Shown piece after piece: positions 8,971 through 18,604 of a DNA stretch of 60,977 nucleotides. The notes under the pieces were generated by a model. The model was not told where the DNA came from. It ran no database searches and worked only from the letters and a program-made list of their open reading frames with translations. This DNA is from a virus (taxonomy: Duplodnaviria; Caudoviricetes). The stretch's first letter is position 1, and the number at the start of each line of letters is the position of its first letter. The translations under genes and the position numbers were made by a program. The stretch covers positions 1-60,977 of the IMG/VR virus record IMGVR_UViG_3300021519_000001; one strand, written 5' to 3'.

Positions 8971-9786
8971 ATGGCAAAGACATCCCTTATAGGTCTAACC
9001 CTTCCGGCCACAGGCACGTTGTCTGGCCAATGGGGTGACACGGTTAACAACGCCATCTCGCAGATTGTTGACGTTGCGGTGGCTGGTACGCAGACAATCT
9101 CCACCGATGCAGACATCACGCTGACTGTTACAGAAGGCACATACGCAAGCACAGGTCTGACGGCTAATAGCTCTCAGTATGCGGTTCTTTTATGGACGGC
9201 TGCTGGCACGGTTACTCGCACAATTACAGTCCCTGCCCAGTCTAAAACCTACGTAGTGATTAACAAAAGCAGTACCCAGTCAATTACCGTCCAAGGTGTA
9301 ACCGGAACAGGCGTTACTGTGGTTGCAGGTACACGGGCTATTGTGGCTTGGGATGGTACTAACTTTGTTAATGTGGGCGGTGGATTAGCTGCTGGCTCAA
9401 ATACGCAGGTTCAGTTTAATAATTCTGGTGCATTTGGCGCTTCTTCTGCTTTGACATGGGATGGCACAATCCTGTCAGCAACTAGGTTTGCAGGTGCTTT
9501 AAACGGTACTGTAGGTGCGACCACTCCTGCGGCGGGTGCGTTTACTACTCTTTCAGCTACAACTGCACTCCCTAATACATCAGGCGGTACAGGACAAAAC
9601 GGTGCGTTTACACAGTATGGTGTAACTTATGCCTCTACTACAACTGCATTGGCTACGACTGCGGCAGGCACAGCAGGGTATGTATTAACTGCTAACTCTG
9701 GCGCGGCCCCCACTTTTCAAGCAATTCCAGCCGCTGGCACATCCCAAGCCAAGGCCACAATGATCTCTTTCATCTTTGGTTTCTAA
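8971..9786 (+). CDS. Tail fibre protein
   Basis: L.LPATG..SG.WG..VN N-terminal anchor; GSNTQVQFNNSGAFG motif. Confidence 0.75.
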   Translation: MAKTSLIGLTLPATGTLSGQWGDTVNNAISQIVDVAVAGTQTISTDADITLTVTEGTYASTGLTANSSQYAVLLWTAAGTVTRTITVPAQSKTYVVINKSSTQSITVQGVTGTGVTVVAGTRAIVAWDGTNFVNVGGGLAAGSNTQVQFNNSGAFGASSALTWDGTILSATRFAGALNGTVGATTPAAGAFTTLSATTALPNTSGGTGQNGAFTQYGVTYASTTTALATTAAGTAGYVLTANSGAAPTFQAIPAAGTSQAKATMISFIFGF

Positions 9787-9795
9787 GGAACTATC

Positions 9796-10191
9796 ATGGC
9801 AAATCCAAACCTCTTAGCCGCGACCACAGCATCCGGCACAACCACATACTACACGCCCGGTGGAACTACTGCTGTTGTGCTTGTAACTAACGCCGCTTCA
9901 AGCGGTCAAGTTTATAAGATCAACCAAATCGTAGCGGCCAACGTTAACGGCTCTGCGGCAGTGAATGCAACGGTGTCTATTTACACTAATGGCGCAGTAG
10001 CTCAAGGCTCTGCTCCTAGTGGCGGTACGGCTTACCCAATTGTGTCTACAGTTTCAGTGCCTGCAAATGCTTCATTGATTGTTGCAGACAAAACAACGGC
10101 TTTGTATTTGATGGAAGGCTCTTGCATTTCCATCACTTCAGGCACAGCCAGCGGTATCACATATTCAGTAAGCTACGAAGTAATTTCCTGA
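9796..10191 (+). CDS. Tail fibre-associated structural protein
   Basis: MANPN...KIN.I..ANV.G...SYEVIS. Confidence 0.7.
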   Translation: MANPNLLAATTASGTTTYYTPGGTTAVVLVTNAASSGQVYKINQIVAANVNGSAAVNATVSIYTNGAVAQGSAPSGGTAYPIVSTVSVPANASLIVADKTTALYLMEGSCISITSGTASGITYSVSYEVIS

Positions 10192-10203
10192 TCGGGGTAG
10201 AAG

Positions 10204-11406
10204 ATGTCCCAACGCTACCAAGCCGGCTTCATTACCGCCTCCTATAACGGGTTGAAAGTACCTGATGCGCCTACCATTGGCACGGCTACAGCCGGAGATG
10301 CGTCTGTATCTATAGCTTTTACAGCACCTGCTGATATAGGTGGTGGAGCTATTACGGGATACACAGCAATTGCCACTCCCGGCGGCGGTACGGGCACAGG
10401 CACATCTTCACCAATTACAGTTGGCGGCTTGTCCAATGGTACGGCGTACACACTTAAAGTGTTGGCTACAAATGCTTACGGGTCAGGCCCATTAAGTGCG
10501 GCCTCTAATAGCGTAACTCCTGCTCTTACTCCAACCGCTTTACCAATCTATATTGCTCAAGGCGCAAGTAGTTACATAACTTCCCCAACCGGCACTGTAA
10601 ATGGCACAGCTTATAAATTGATGGGGCCATCTTCAAATCAAGGTTTGGGCACTAGTACAACTTTAGATTCACACACTTATTACTGTACAGATGCTCTTGG
10701 CTATAACTGGTACATTGCCGCTAATTTAGGATATGGAACGCCAACACGTTGGAGTACTTATAATCGTATAGGATTTCCCGGAAGTGGCGCAAGTTCAAAC
10801 CCTGCATACACTACTGCTGATGGAATACCAATTTATTTTACTAATTTAAATGGAACCGTAATAAATTCTGGTACTAGTGCCAATGCAATTACGTTTACAA
10901 ATAATTACTCCGCTAGTAATAATCTTTTGAAACCCGGTTCATTTCAAACTGATGCGCTTGTTTTTAATAACGGTTCGGGGCCGGGTTTTGCAAATTGGTA
11001 TGCGGATGGCAACAAGGCCGCACAAACCTATCCGGGTATTGTCACAAACGCATTTACTAATTGGAATGGAGCATCAACTGTTCAAACCTATGATGGTGTT
11101 GGTCAAGGTAGTAATGACTGTGGCTATATGTGGTGGAGGCCGCCATTATTAACCAATGAAATTATGATAGATTTTGCGAATAGCTACAACAATCTCCCAT
11201 GTCGGTTGTGGTGCTGGAATAACAATACAGGCGCATTAGTTTTAGTTGTAAATTTTGGTAATTTCGGTTCTGTTAACACAGCCGCTGGCGCAATCAATGA
11301 CCCCTATAGTAGAACCATTATTGTTAAACACACCGAAGGGTTTGTTTATTTTATGGGTGATGGCGACCCAACAATTGCAGGTTCTCACTATTATCTGTAC
11401 AGATAA
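10204..11406 (+). CDS. Fn3-like domain tail fibre/receptor-binding protein
   Basis: PDAPTIGTAT...GLSNGTAYT..V.ATNAYG Fn3 signature plus unique C-terminal domain. Confidence 0.75.
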   Translation: MSQRYQAGFITASYNGLKVPDAPTIGTATAGDASVSIAFTAPADIGGGAITGYTAIATPGGGTGTGTSSPITVGGLSNGTAYTLKVLATNAYGSGPLSAASNSVTPALTPTALPIYIAQGASSYITSPTGTVNGTAYKLMGPSSNQGLGTSTTLDSHTYYCTDALGYNWYIAANLGYGTPTRWSTYNRIGFPGSGASSNPAYTTADGIPIYFTNLNGTVINSGTSANAITFTNNYSASNNLLKPGSFQTDALVFNNGSGPGFANWYADGNKAAQTYPGIVTNAFTNWNGASTVQTYDGVGQGSNDCGYMWWRPPLLTNEIMIDFANSYNNLPCRLWCWNNNTGALVLVVNFGNFGSVNTAAGAINDPYSRTIIVKHTEGFVYFMGDGDPTIAGSHYYLYR

Positions 11407-11430
11407 ATTTTTATACTTACAGGATACATA

Positions 11431-12546
11431 ATGCCTATTTATTCAGGAATGTGGACATCAAGGCAACAGATGCAGGCTCTTGCGGCTAGTCTTTGGCCTT
11501 CTGCTCCCGGTGCTCCCACCATTGGAACTGCTACGGCTGGGAATGCCTCTGCGTCTGTTACTTTTACAGCACCTAGCAATTTGGGTATTCCAGCAACCAT
11601 TACTGGCTACACAGTTACATCAAGCCCCGGTGGAATCACTGGTACAGGTTCAGCCTCCCCTATTACAGTATCTGGTTTGTCTAATGGGACGGCATACACG
11701 TTTACTGTAACCGCAACAAATGCATCAGGTACAGGGCCAGCAAGCGCGGCATCAAATAGCGTGACCCCTGTTCTAGCGTATATGGAATATTTGATTGTTG
11801 CTGGTGGTGGTGGCGGGTCAGGCGGAGGTGGTGGCGGTGGTGGTATGTTAACCGGAACAACTGTATTTTCAGGCTCTTACACAGTCACTGTAGGCGCTGG
11901 CGGAAGCCTAAATTATCAAGTTTATGGTAATGCCTCTCCCGGAACAAATTCTCTGATAACAGGACTAACTGCAATAGGCGGTGGTTTTGGTGCAGGGTCT
12001 ACCAATGTTGGCGGCTCTGGTGGTTCTGGCGGCGGTGCTTCAATTGGTTCTACAAGTACAGCGCAAGTTGTAGCAGGTGGAACGGCGACATCAGGGCAAG
12101 GATATAACGGCGGCACATCAACCAATACAGGTACTTACCAAGGCTGGCTAGGTGCTGGCGGTGGTGGGGCTGGTGCAGTTGGCGTTAGTGTTACAAACTA
12201 CGATACAGGAAATAGTTCGCCTTATGGCGGTCTTGGCGGAGCGGGCGCGGCATCGTCTATTGAGACAGGTTCTCCTGCTACTTATGCGGCTGGTGGTCAA
12301 GGTTACTACTCAAGCACCGTTAGCGGAGATGCCACAGGTAATTCAGGAAATGGTGGCGGTGGTTCTAGAACTGCTAATGCCGGAAGTCAAGGGTGGAATG
12401 GGGGTTCTGGTATTGTTGTCATTGCTTACCCAAATACGTATCCAGCCATTTCTTCAATTGGCGGTGGTTTAACATATACCCAACCAACTCGTGCTGGTTA
12501 TAGGGTATATAGATTTACTGCTGGTACAGGCACTATTACTTTCTAA
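11431..12546 (+). CDS. Fn3 plus glycine-rich tail fibre protein
   Basis: Fn3 signature; EYLIVAGGGGG...GGSGIVVIAY glycine-rich domain. Confidence 0.8.
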   Translation: MPIYSGMWTSRQQMQALAASLWPSAPGAPTIGTATAGNASASVTFTAPSNLGIPATITGYTVTSSPGGITGTGSASPITVSGLSNGTAYTFTVTATNASGTGPASAASNSVTPVLAYMEYLIVAGGGGGSGGGGGGGGMLTGTTVFSGSYTVTVGAGGSLNYQVYGNASPGTNSLITGLTAIGGGFGAGSTNVGGSGGSGGGASIGSTSTAQVVAGGTATSGQGYNGGTSTNTGTYQGWLGAGGGGAGAVGVSVTNYDTGNSSPYGGLGGAGAASSIETGSPATYAAGGQGYYSSTVSGDATGNSGNGGGGSRTANAGSQGWNGGSGIVVIAYPNTYPAISSIGGGLTYTQPTRAGYRVYRFTAGTGTITF

Positions 12547-12555
12547 GGAATAAAC

Positions 12556-12939
12556 ATGGCCCATTACGCATTTTTAGATTCAGACAACCGTGTTACCGAA
12601 GTCATTGTAGGCAAAGATGAAGGCGAAGGCGGTATTGATTGGGAGCAACACTACGGCGAGTTTCGTGGTCAGACTTGCAAGCGTACAAGCTACAACACTT
12701 ATGGCGGCGTTCATAACAACGGCGGCACACCATTACGTAAAAACTACGCTGGTATTGGCTACACATACGATGCTGGACGAGATGCTTTTATCCCGCCCAA
12801 GCCTTTTTTCTCTTGGGTATTAAACGAAACAAGTTGCACTTGGGAACCCCCAACACCAATGCCTGTTGAAGAAGGTAAAATTTTTCGTTGGAATGAGTCA
12901 ACCGTTTTATCTTCATGGGTTGAGGTGACTAATGTCTAA
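12556..12939 (+). CDS. Conserved tail fibre-associated protein
   Basis: MAHYA...TSYN...RKNYAGIGYTYD..RDAFIPPKP..SW. Confidence 0.75.
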   Translation: MAHYAFLDSDNRVTEVIVGKDEGEGGIDWEQHYGEFRGQTCKRTSYNTYGGVHNNGGTPLRKNYAGIGYTYDAGRDAFIPPKPFFSWVLNETSCTWEPPTPMPVEEGKIFRWNESTVLSSWVEVTNV

Positions 12940-13972
12940 GCAATATCCCGGTGGTCTAATAACCAAGACCCCCGTAACGCCCGGTGGCCCGTATCAAACA
13001 AGTACGGCTTCAGGTGTATGGACGCTAGAAGAACAAGCTTATTGGACAAAGCTAGGCCAATGGCCTACAGCAGGTAATGCTCTTCCAACAACAATTGATT
13101 TTCTTGTTATTGGTGGTGGTGGTTCTGGAGGTACTCAAAGTAATCGTGCGGGTGGTGGTGCGGGTGCTGGTGGCTATAGAACATCTTACGGCCCATCTGG
13201 TGGCGGGGGCGCGGCAGAATCTGCATTTGCATACACCCCTTCAACTAATTACACGGTAACAGTTGGCGCTGGCGGCGCAGCAATTACTGCGGCTCAAAAT
13301 GGAAATGTTGGTTCATCTTCAGTATTTAATGCTATTACTTCTGTTGGCGGCGGTGCAGGTGGTGGATATACTGAAGCTGGAGGCGGGTCTAAAAATGGCG
13401 CTTCAGGTGGAGGCTCAAGTGGTTATCAAACTGCTCAGAGCGGGCCTCCGGGAACAGGAACAGCAAACCAAGGTTATGCAGGCGGCACTGGTGTAGATGA
13501 TTATGGCAGTGGAGTCTCAGGTTTGGGCGGTGGCGGTGGCGGCGCAGGCGCTGTTGGGGGTAATGCAACAGGAACTTCTAGTGGCACGGCTGGCTCTGGT
13601 GGAACAGGTGTCGCATCAACTATTACTGGTACTTCTGTATTCCGAGCAGGTGGCGGTGGTGGTACTTGTTTAGGAAACCCCGGAACCCAAACTGCTGGTT
13701 CTGGTGGTGCTGGAGGCGGCGGGGCTGGCGCTAACACCAACATAACTCCAAATGGTGTAGCCGGGACTGCAAACACAGGTAGTGGCGGTGGCGGTGCTAA
13801 TAATAATTATGGTGGTTTATCTGGCGCTGGTGGTTCGGGTGTAGTTATTCTTAGATACGGTAGCACTCTCACAATCACAATTGGCGCTGGACTAACAGGC
13901 ACAACTGCTACAGATGGCGCTTTTAAGGTTACAACAATCACAGCAGGGACAGGTAATGTCTCTTGGGCGTAA
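12932..13972 (+). CDS. Glycine-rich tail fibre protein
   Basis: ASGVWTL N-terminal motif; DFLVIGGGGSGG...GGSGVVILRY. Confidence 0.8.
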   Translation: MSKQYPGGLITKTPVTPGGPYQTSTASGVWTLEEQAYWTKLGQWPTAGNALPTTIDFLVIGGGGSGGTQSNRAGGGAGAGGYRTSYGPSGGGGAAESAFAYTPSTNYTVTVGAGGAAITAAQNGNVGSSSVFNAITSVGGGAGGGYTEAGGGSKNGASGGGSSGYQTAQSGPPGTGTANQGYAGGTGVDDYGSGVSGLGGGGGGAGAVGGNATGTSSGTAGSGGTGVASTITGTSVFRAGGGGGTCLGNPGTQTAGSGGAGGGGAGANTNITPNGVAGTANTGSGGGGANNNYGGLSGAGGSGVVILRYGSTLTITIGAGLTGTTATDGAFKVTTITAGTGNVSWA

Positions 13973-13977
13973 CAGCC

Positions 13978-14070
13978 ATGTGGGACTGGGCTGAAGCTTT
14001 CATTGCGGCGGCCTGTATAGCGGCCTTCGTCATCTTTGGCACTTACATGATTTTATGGATATGGCAATGA
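13978..14070 (+). CDS. 30-aa membrane peptide
   Basis: MWDWAEAFIAAACIAAFVIFGTYMILWIWQ; fills the gap between tightly packed genes. Confidence 0.5.
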   Translation: MWDWAEAFIAAACIAAFVIFGTYMILWIWQ

Positions 14071-14073
14071 CTC

Positions 14074-14361
14074 ATGCGTTGGCTCATACTGTTACTGTTA
14101 TTGGGGCTGGTTGGAGCCGTAGCCAAGAATGGCTGTCATGTGCGCGAGTTCTATGGAATTGGCTACACAATTCACAACCCGTCCGAGCGTCACCAGCAGA
14201 TGTCTATGTGGCTGACAAACAATGCACAGCACTGCAAGGCTTCGGACTATGTGGTGATTTGGAACAACTTATCAGAGTGGGCTGGCGCGGCGGATTCGGC
14301 AGAGCTTAGAGCCAAAGTTGTTCATGGATACAAGGATGCACTTGAGCGTGAAAAGAAATGA
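14074..14361 (+). CDS. Secreted/periplasmic hypothetical protein
   Basis: Signal-peptide-like N-terminus, two Cys; ATGA-coupled to next gene. Confidence 0.65.
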   Translation: MRWLILLLLLGLVGAVAKNGCHVREFYGIGYTIHNPSERHQQMSMWLTNNAQHCKASDYVVIWNNLSEWAGAADSAELRAKVVHGYKDALEREKK

Positions 14362-14594
14362 TCGACACCATCAAATTATTTCCGACCGTTCAGCCGTCCG
14401 GGTATCCAGACAAGCATGACCTTGCCCAGAAGAAGCTAGAGAAACAGCACGAAATGAACAAGGCAAATGAGTTGGCTAAGAAACAGCAGACTCAGTTGCA
14501 GGACATAGGGTTTGAGATTTACTGTAAGAAGACAGTGCAAGACCGGCTCCGTATGGAGATATTTACAAACCGTAAGCTGGATATTTATGTATGA
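14358..14594 (+). CDS. Hypothetical protein
   Basis: 78 aa, ATGA overlaps both sides. Confidence 0.65.
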   Translation: MIDTIKLFPTVQPSGYPDKHDLAQKKLEKQHEMNKANELAKKQQTQLQDIGFEIYCKKTVQDRLRMEIFTNRKLDIYV

Positions 14595-14863
14595 CCAAAA
14601 AGCCAGAAGCACCGATACCGGACACGAAAGAGAAGCTGACGCTGTACGTCACGCTAATGGTAAGCACCACCCTGTGCATCTGCGTCTTGGCTATGGTCGT
14701 GGCGTTTCTCCTTGGATTATGGGCAAAACAGGTGGACAACCACGAGATATTCAAGATGCTTTCACCCGCTTTTTCTACTCTTATAGGCGGCATGATTGGG
14801 TTCCTGTCTGGTATCAAACTGATGGCAGATGAACATAAACCGCATCACAAATGTAAGGAATAA
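14591..14863 (+). CDS. Two-TM membrane protein (holin/antiholin candidate)
   Basis: Two hydrophobic helices; lysis cassette position. Confidence 0.6.
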   Translation: MTKKPEAPIPDTKEKLTLYVTLMVSTTLCICVLAMVVAFLLGLWAKQVDNHEIFKMLSPAFSTLIGGMIGFLSGIKLMADEHKPHHKCKE

Positions 14864-14865
14864 CT

Positions 14866-15360
14866 ATGTTAGACATTCTTTCCGGAGGCTTATTAGGCTC
14901 CATTTTTGGCGGTGTGTTCCGTCTGGCCCCCGAGGTTCTGAAGTTCTTTGATAAGAAGAACGAGCGTCAGCATGAACTCAATATGTTTGCACGACAGTGT
15001 GAATTGGAAACGCTACGTGGTCAGCAGAAGTTGGCCGAGATTGGCGCACAACGTGAAGCCGCTGTTGACGTAGGTGTTATGGATGCGTTTCAGTCTGCCA
15101 TAGAACAACAAGCCACAATGGTAAAAGCCGCTGGTGGGTGGGCGGCTAGTCTGTCAGCTTCTGTGCGTCCTGTAGTTACATATTGGATTCTGTTGATTTG
15201 GACGTTCATTCACATCTGGTATGCGTGGTCAAGCATGAACTCAGGGCTTGATGCAACTGAAGTGTTTAAACTGTTCATGTCGCCTGATTTCTCAGCGTTG
15301 CTGGGCGGGACAATAAATTTCTGGTTTCTCGACCGTACTTTAGCTAAACGTGGGCTATGA
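14866..15360 (+). CDS. Holin-like protein (3TM GTA-holin-like)
   Basis: SVRPVVTY...FWF..R motif, TM helices, directly upstream of lysozyme. Confidence 0.7.
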   Translation: MLDILSGGLLGSIFGGVFRLAPEVLKFFDKKNERQHELNMFARQCELETLRGQQKLAEIGAQREAAVDVGVMDAFQSAIEQQATMVKAAGGWAASLSASVRPVVTYWILLIWTFIHIWYAWSSMNSGLDATEVFKLFMSPDFSALLGGTINFWFLDRTLAKRGL

Positions 15361-15800
15361 ACCTAGAGTTAGCCGCTGAACTGTGCCGCCGGTATGAGGG
15401 GTATCGGGCCAAGCCCTACCTTTGTCCGGCTGGTGTGGCTACGATTGGCTATGGTTCTACCTACTACGCAGACAAACGCAAGGTAACTTTGGAAGATGCA
15501 CCGATGGATGAACCCACAGCACGGGCGCTTTTAATGATTGAGTTAGAACATACGTACTTACCCGGTGTTCTGCGTAACTGTCCCGGCCTGATTACAGACG
15601 TTCGCAAGTGCAACGCCATCGTGGATTTTTGTTATAACTTGGGCACAGGACGCTTGCAGACTTCCACGTTAAAGAGGAAAATCAATGCCAATGATTGGGA
15701 AGGGGCAAAAGAACAACTGATGCTCTGGACTAAAGGTGGCGGTCGGGTACTGCCGGGGCTATTAAAACGACGCACGGCTGAGTGCGCCCTACTGGATTGA
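15357..15800 (+). CDS. Endolysin, GH24 lysozyme
   Basis: EG....Y.CPAGV.TIGYG catalytic triad region; YN.G; LPGL..RR..E. Confidence 0.92.
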   Translation: MNLELAAELCRRYEGYRAKPYLCPAGVATIGYGSTYYADKRKVTLEDAPMDEPTARALLMIELEHTYLPGVLRNCPGLITDVRKCNAIVDFCYNLGTGRLQTSTLKRKINANDWEGAKEQLMLWTKGGGRVLPGLLKRRTAECALLD

Positions 15801-15803
15801 CCG

Positions 15804-17912
15804 ATGCCATTACAAAAACTTCTTCTGAAACCGGGCGTCAACCGTGAAAATACTCGCTACACAAACGAGGGCGGGTGGTATCAGTCCGACAAGGTACGGT
15901 TTCGCCAAGGCACTCCTGAGAAGATTGGCGGTTGGGCGCGCATTTCCGTGTCTAGCTTCTTGGGCACTTGTCGCTCACTATGGAACTGGATTACGCTTGC
16001 CAACCTCAACCTGCTTGGCGTCGGCACAAACCTTAAGTTCTATATTGAAAACGGTGGGCAGTATTACGATATTACCCCTATTCGGTCTGCTGCAGTACTT
16101 AGCAACCCGTTTAAGACAACAAACTTAAGCACGACAGTTACCGTGACTCATGCCACGCATGGTGCAGTTAATGGTGACTTTGTCACGTTTAGCAACGTAG
16201 CTACAGTTGGCGGATTAAACTTAAATAACGAATACCAAATAACTCTTATCGATGGTAATTCTTACACCATCACAGCAGCCACTGCAGCTACTTCAACCGT
16301 TGCAGCAGGCGGAGGGACCACGGTCCAAGCTGTGTATGAAATCAACGTTGGTTTGCCTGTTGAAGTTCCGCTAACCGGCTGGGGTGCGGGCGCGTGGAAT
16401 GCGGGCAGTTGGGGTTTTGGTGGAACTTCCACTGCAGCTTTGCGTTTATGGAGCCAAAATAACTTTGGTGAGGATTTAATTCTTGGTTTCCGCGGTAGCC
16501 CCATTTACTATTGGGATGCTGCGTTTGGTTTGGCCCCATCAATAGTTACTATCACAATTGCTTCGCCTGCAGTGGTTACATCCACCATTAGTTTGCTTGA
16601 TAAAACCCCAATTATTTTGACTAACACAGGTTATCCTTCCGCTTTGCCTACAGGCTTAAGTGTAGGAACTATCTATTATGTTAAAGGTACGGGTGGAACA
16701 ACATTTAACTTATCTTTGACTGCGGGTGGGGCGGCAATTATTACATCAGGTACGCAATCAGGATCGCATTACATTTTGCCAAATGCAATTCCTGTAACAT
16801 CATTAGCGGGCGCATCTGATGTGCCGCTGATGCAGAACTTTATTTATGTATCTGATGTCAGTCGGTTTGTGTTTGCGTTTGGCACGAATGACCCGTTGTC
16901 TTCTACGCCAACAGTACAAGATCCTATGCTGATTCGCTGGTCGGATCAAGAATCTGTAGCAGATTGGACTCCAACAGCCACCAATCAAGCAGGCAGTGTG
17001 CGCTTGTCGCACGGCGCAACTATTGTTACAGCTATCCAGACCCGTCAGGAGATTGTGGTTTGGACTGACTCCACGCTGTACTCATTGCAATATCTTGGCC
17101 CACCCTACGTTTGGGGCGTTCAACTGCTAGGTGATAATATTTCTATTCTTGGCCAAAACGCCGTGGCTCAAGCATCTGGTGTCGTGTACTGGATGGGGAC
17201 AGATAAGTTCTATTCCTATGATGGCCGGGTCAATACGTTGAACTGCGACTTGCGCAAATTCATTTACCAAGACATTAACTTGGGGCAAAACCAACAAGTT
17301 TTTGGTAGCACAAACGAGGGCTTCAACGAAGTTTGGTGGTTCTATTGCTCGGCTAACAGCACGGCAATTGACAAATATGTGGTTTATAACTACCTTGAAA
17401 ATACTTGGTACTATGGCACAATGGGCCGCACCGCTTGGCTAGATTCGGGCCTAAGGGATTACCCTATTGCTGCAAACCCATTAACGGCTACAACAGGCAA
17501 TGTTGTTAATCAAGAATATGGCAATGATGACAATGGAACTGGTACTCCGGTTGCAATTGAAGCTTATATTTCTTCGTCTGAGTTTGATATTGGCGACGGC
17601 AATAACTTTGGTTTTGTTTGGCGCATGTTGCCTGACTTGACATTCTCCGGCTCTGATGCCAGCCCTACGCCGCAGCTTACGATGACTTTGTACCCAATGC
17701 AAAACTCTGGCTCTGGGACAGGCACACCGGTTGCGGCAAACGTTGATCAATTAACAGGCGCGCAATATGTAATCACTGAGGGCTTTACGGGTCAGGTTTA
17801 TACTCGTGTAAGGGGCCGTCAGATGATTTTAAAGATTGGCTCTAACCAGCTTGGAACAACGTGGCAGTTAGGCGCTACACGTATTGACCTCAGGCAGGAC
17901 GGCAGACGATGA
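15804..17912 (+). CDS. Tail nozzle / DNA stabilisation protein (tail tubular B-like)
   Basis: 702 aa; KPG.N, VRFR.G.PEKIGGW, IRWSDQE, EVWWFY; precedes ejection proteins. Confidence 0.75.
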   Translation: MPLQKLLLKPGVNRENTRYTNEGGWYQSDKVRFRQGTPEKIGGWARISVSSFLGTCRSLWNWITLANLNLLGVGTNLKFYIENGGQYYDITPIRSAAVLSNPFKTTNLSTTVTVTHATHGAVNGDFVTFSNVATVGGLNLNNEYQITLIDGNSYTITAATAATSTVAAGGGTTVQAVYEINVGLPVEVPLTGWGAGAWNAGSWGFGGTSTAALRLWSQNNFGEDLILGFRGSPIYYWDAAFGLAPSIVTITIASPAVVTSTISLLDKTPIILTNTGYPSALPTGLSVGTIYYVKGTGGTTFNLSLTAGGAAIITSGTQSGSHYILPNAIPVTSLAGASDVPLMQNFIYVSDVSRFVFAFGTNDPLSSTPTVQDPMLIRWSDQESVADWTPTATNQAGSVRLSHGATIVTAIQTRQEIVVWTDSTLYSLQYLGPPYVWGVQLLGDNISILGQNAVAQASGVVYWMGTDKFYSYDGRVNTLNCDLRKFIYQDINLGQNQQVFGSTNEGFNEVWWFYCSANSTAIDKYVVYNYLENTWYYGTMGRTAWLDSGLRDYPIAANPLTATTGNVVNQEYGNDDNGTGTPVAIEAYISSSEFDIGDGNNFGFVWRMLPDLTFSGSDASPTPQLTMTLYPMQNSGSGTGTPVAANVDQLTGAQYVITEGFTGQVYTRVRGRQMILKIGSNQLGTTWQLGATRIDLRQDGRR

Positions 17913-18568
17913 GTTACATCATCACGTCTGAAACGGAGCTTAGCAAAATTGCGGCTCCTAGCTTGCCCTTGGCAACAACGGAATATAACCGCCAGTATCA
18001 AGACCAACTAAATAACGTTTTGCGGTTGTACTTCAACCGGTTGGATAACTTGCTGGCGCAGTTGGTTACATCTTCAGGAGGCGCTGGAATACGGCTTCCT
18101 TACGGGGCTTTTTCAAACTTTACATCTCAAACAACGACAGTTAATACAGCTACGTTGATGTCCCTAAACACCACGGACTTCTCAAACACGGTAACTTTAG
18201 TTACTGGCTCAAAGATGACGGTAGCAAACGCCGGTATTTATAACTTGCAGTTTAGCGCGCAGTTACAGAATTTGGATAACGCACCGCAAGATGTATTTAT
18301 CTGGCTTAAACAAAATGGCACAGACATAGTCGGTTCTACAGGGAAAGTTGGTATGCCCGCTAGAAAAAGTGCGGGTGTTCCGTTTCACGACATCAAAGGT
18401 TGGAACTACTTTTTGTCTATGAGCGCAGGCGATTACGTGCAAATTTATTGGTCTACAACCAATGCATCTGTAACCATAGAAACTTATGCGGCTTCTGGGA
18501 CACCAACTAAACCGTCTACAGCATCCGTCGTAGCTACACTTTCATTTGTGTCGGCGCTGCCAACGTAA
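17909..18568 (+). CDS. Tail needle/spike-like structural protein
   Basis: LRLYFN.LD coiled coil plus C1q/BclA-like beta C-terminus (GIYNLQFSAQ). Confidence 0.6.
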   Translation: MSYIITSETELSKIAAPSLPLATTEYNRQYQDQLNNVLRLYFNRLDNLLAQLVTSSGGAGIRLPYGAFSNFTSQTTTVNTATLMSLNTTDFSNTVTLVTGSKMTVANAGIYNLQFSAQLQNLDNAPQDVFIWLKQNGTDIVGSTGKVGMPARKSAGVPFHDIKGWNYFLSMSAGDYVQIYWSTTNASVTIETYAASGTPTKPSTASVVATLSFVSALPT

Positions 18569-18604
18569 TACAATCAAACAAACATTTTCCCCCAAGGAAG
18601 TAAC

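Noticed and set aside
10204-13972. Diversity-generating retroelement acting on tail fibres
   Set aside because: No reverse transcriptase and no TR/VR pair differing only at adenines was seen; similarity is ordinary paralogy.
10204-13972. xxxGG matches inside glycine-rich fibres
   Set aside because: GG is expected by chance in poly-Gly domains, so these were excluded from the motif count.
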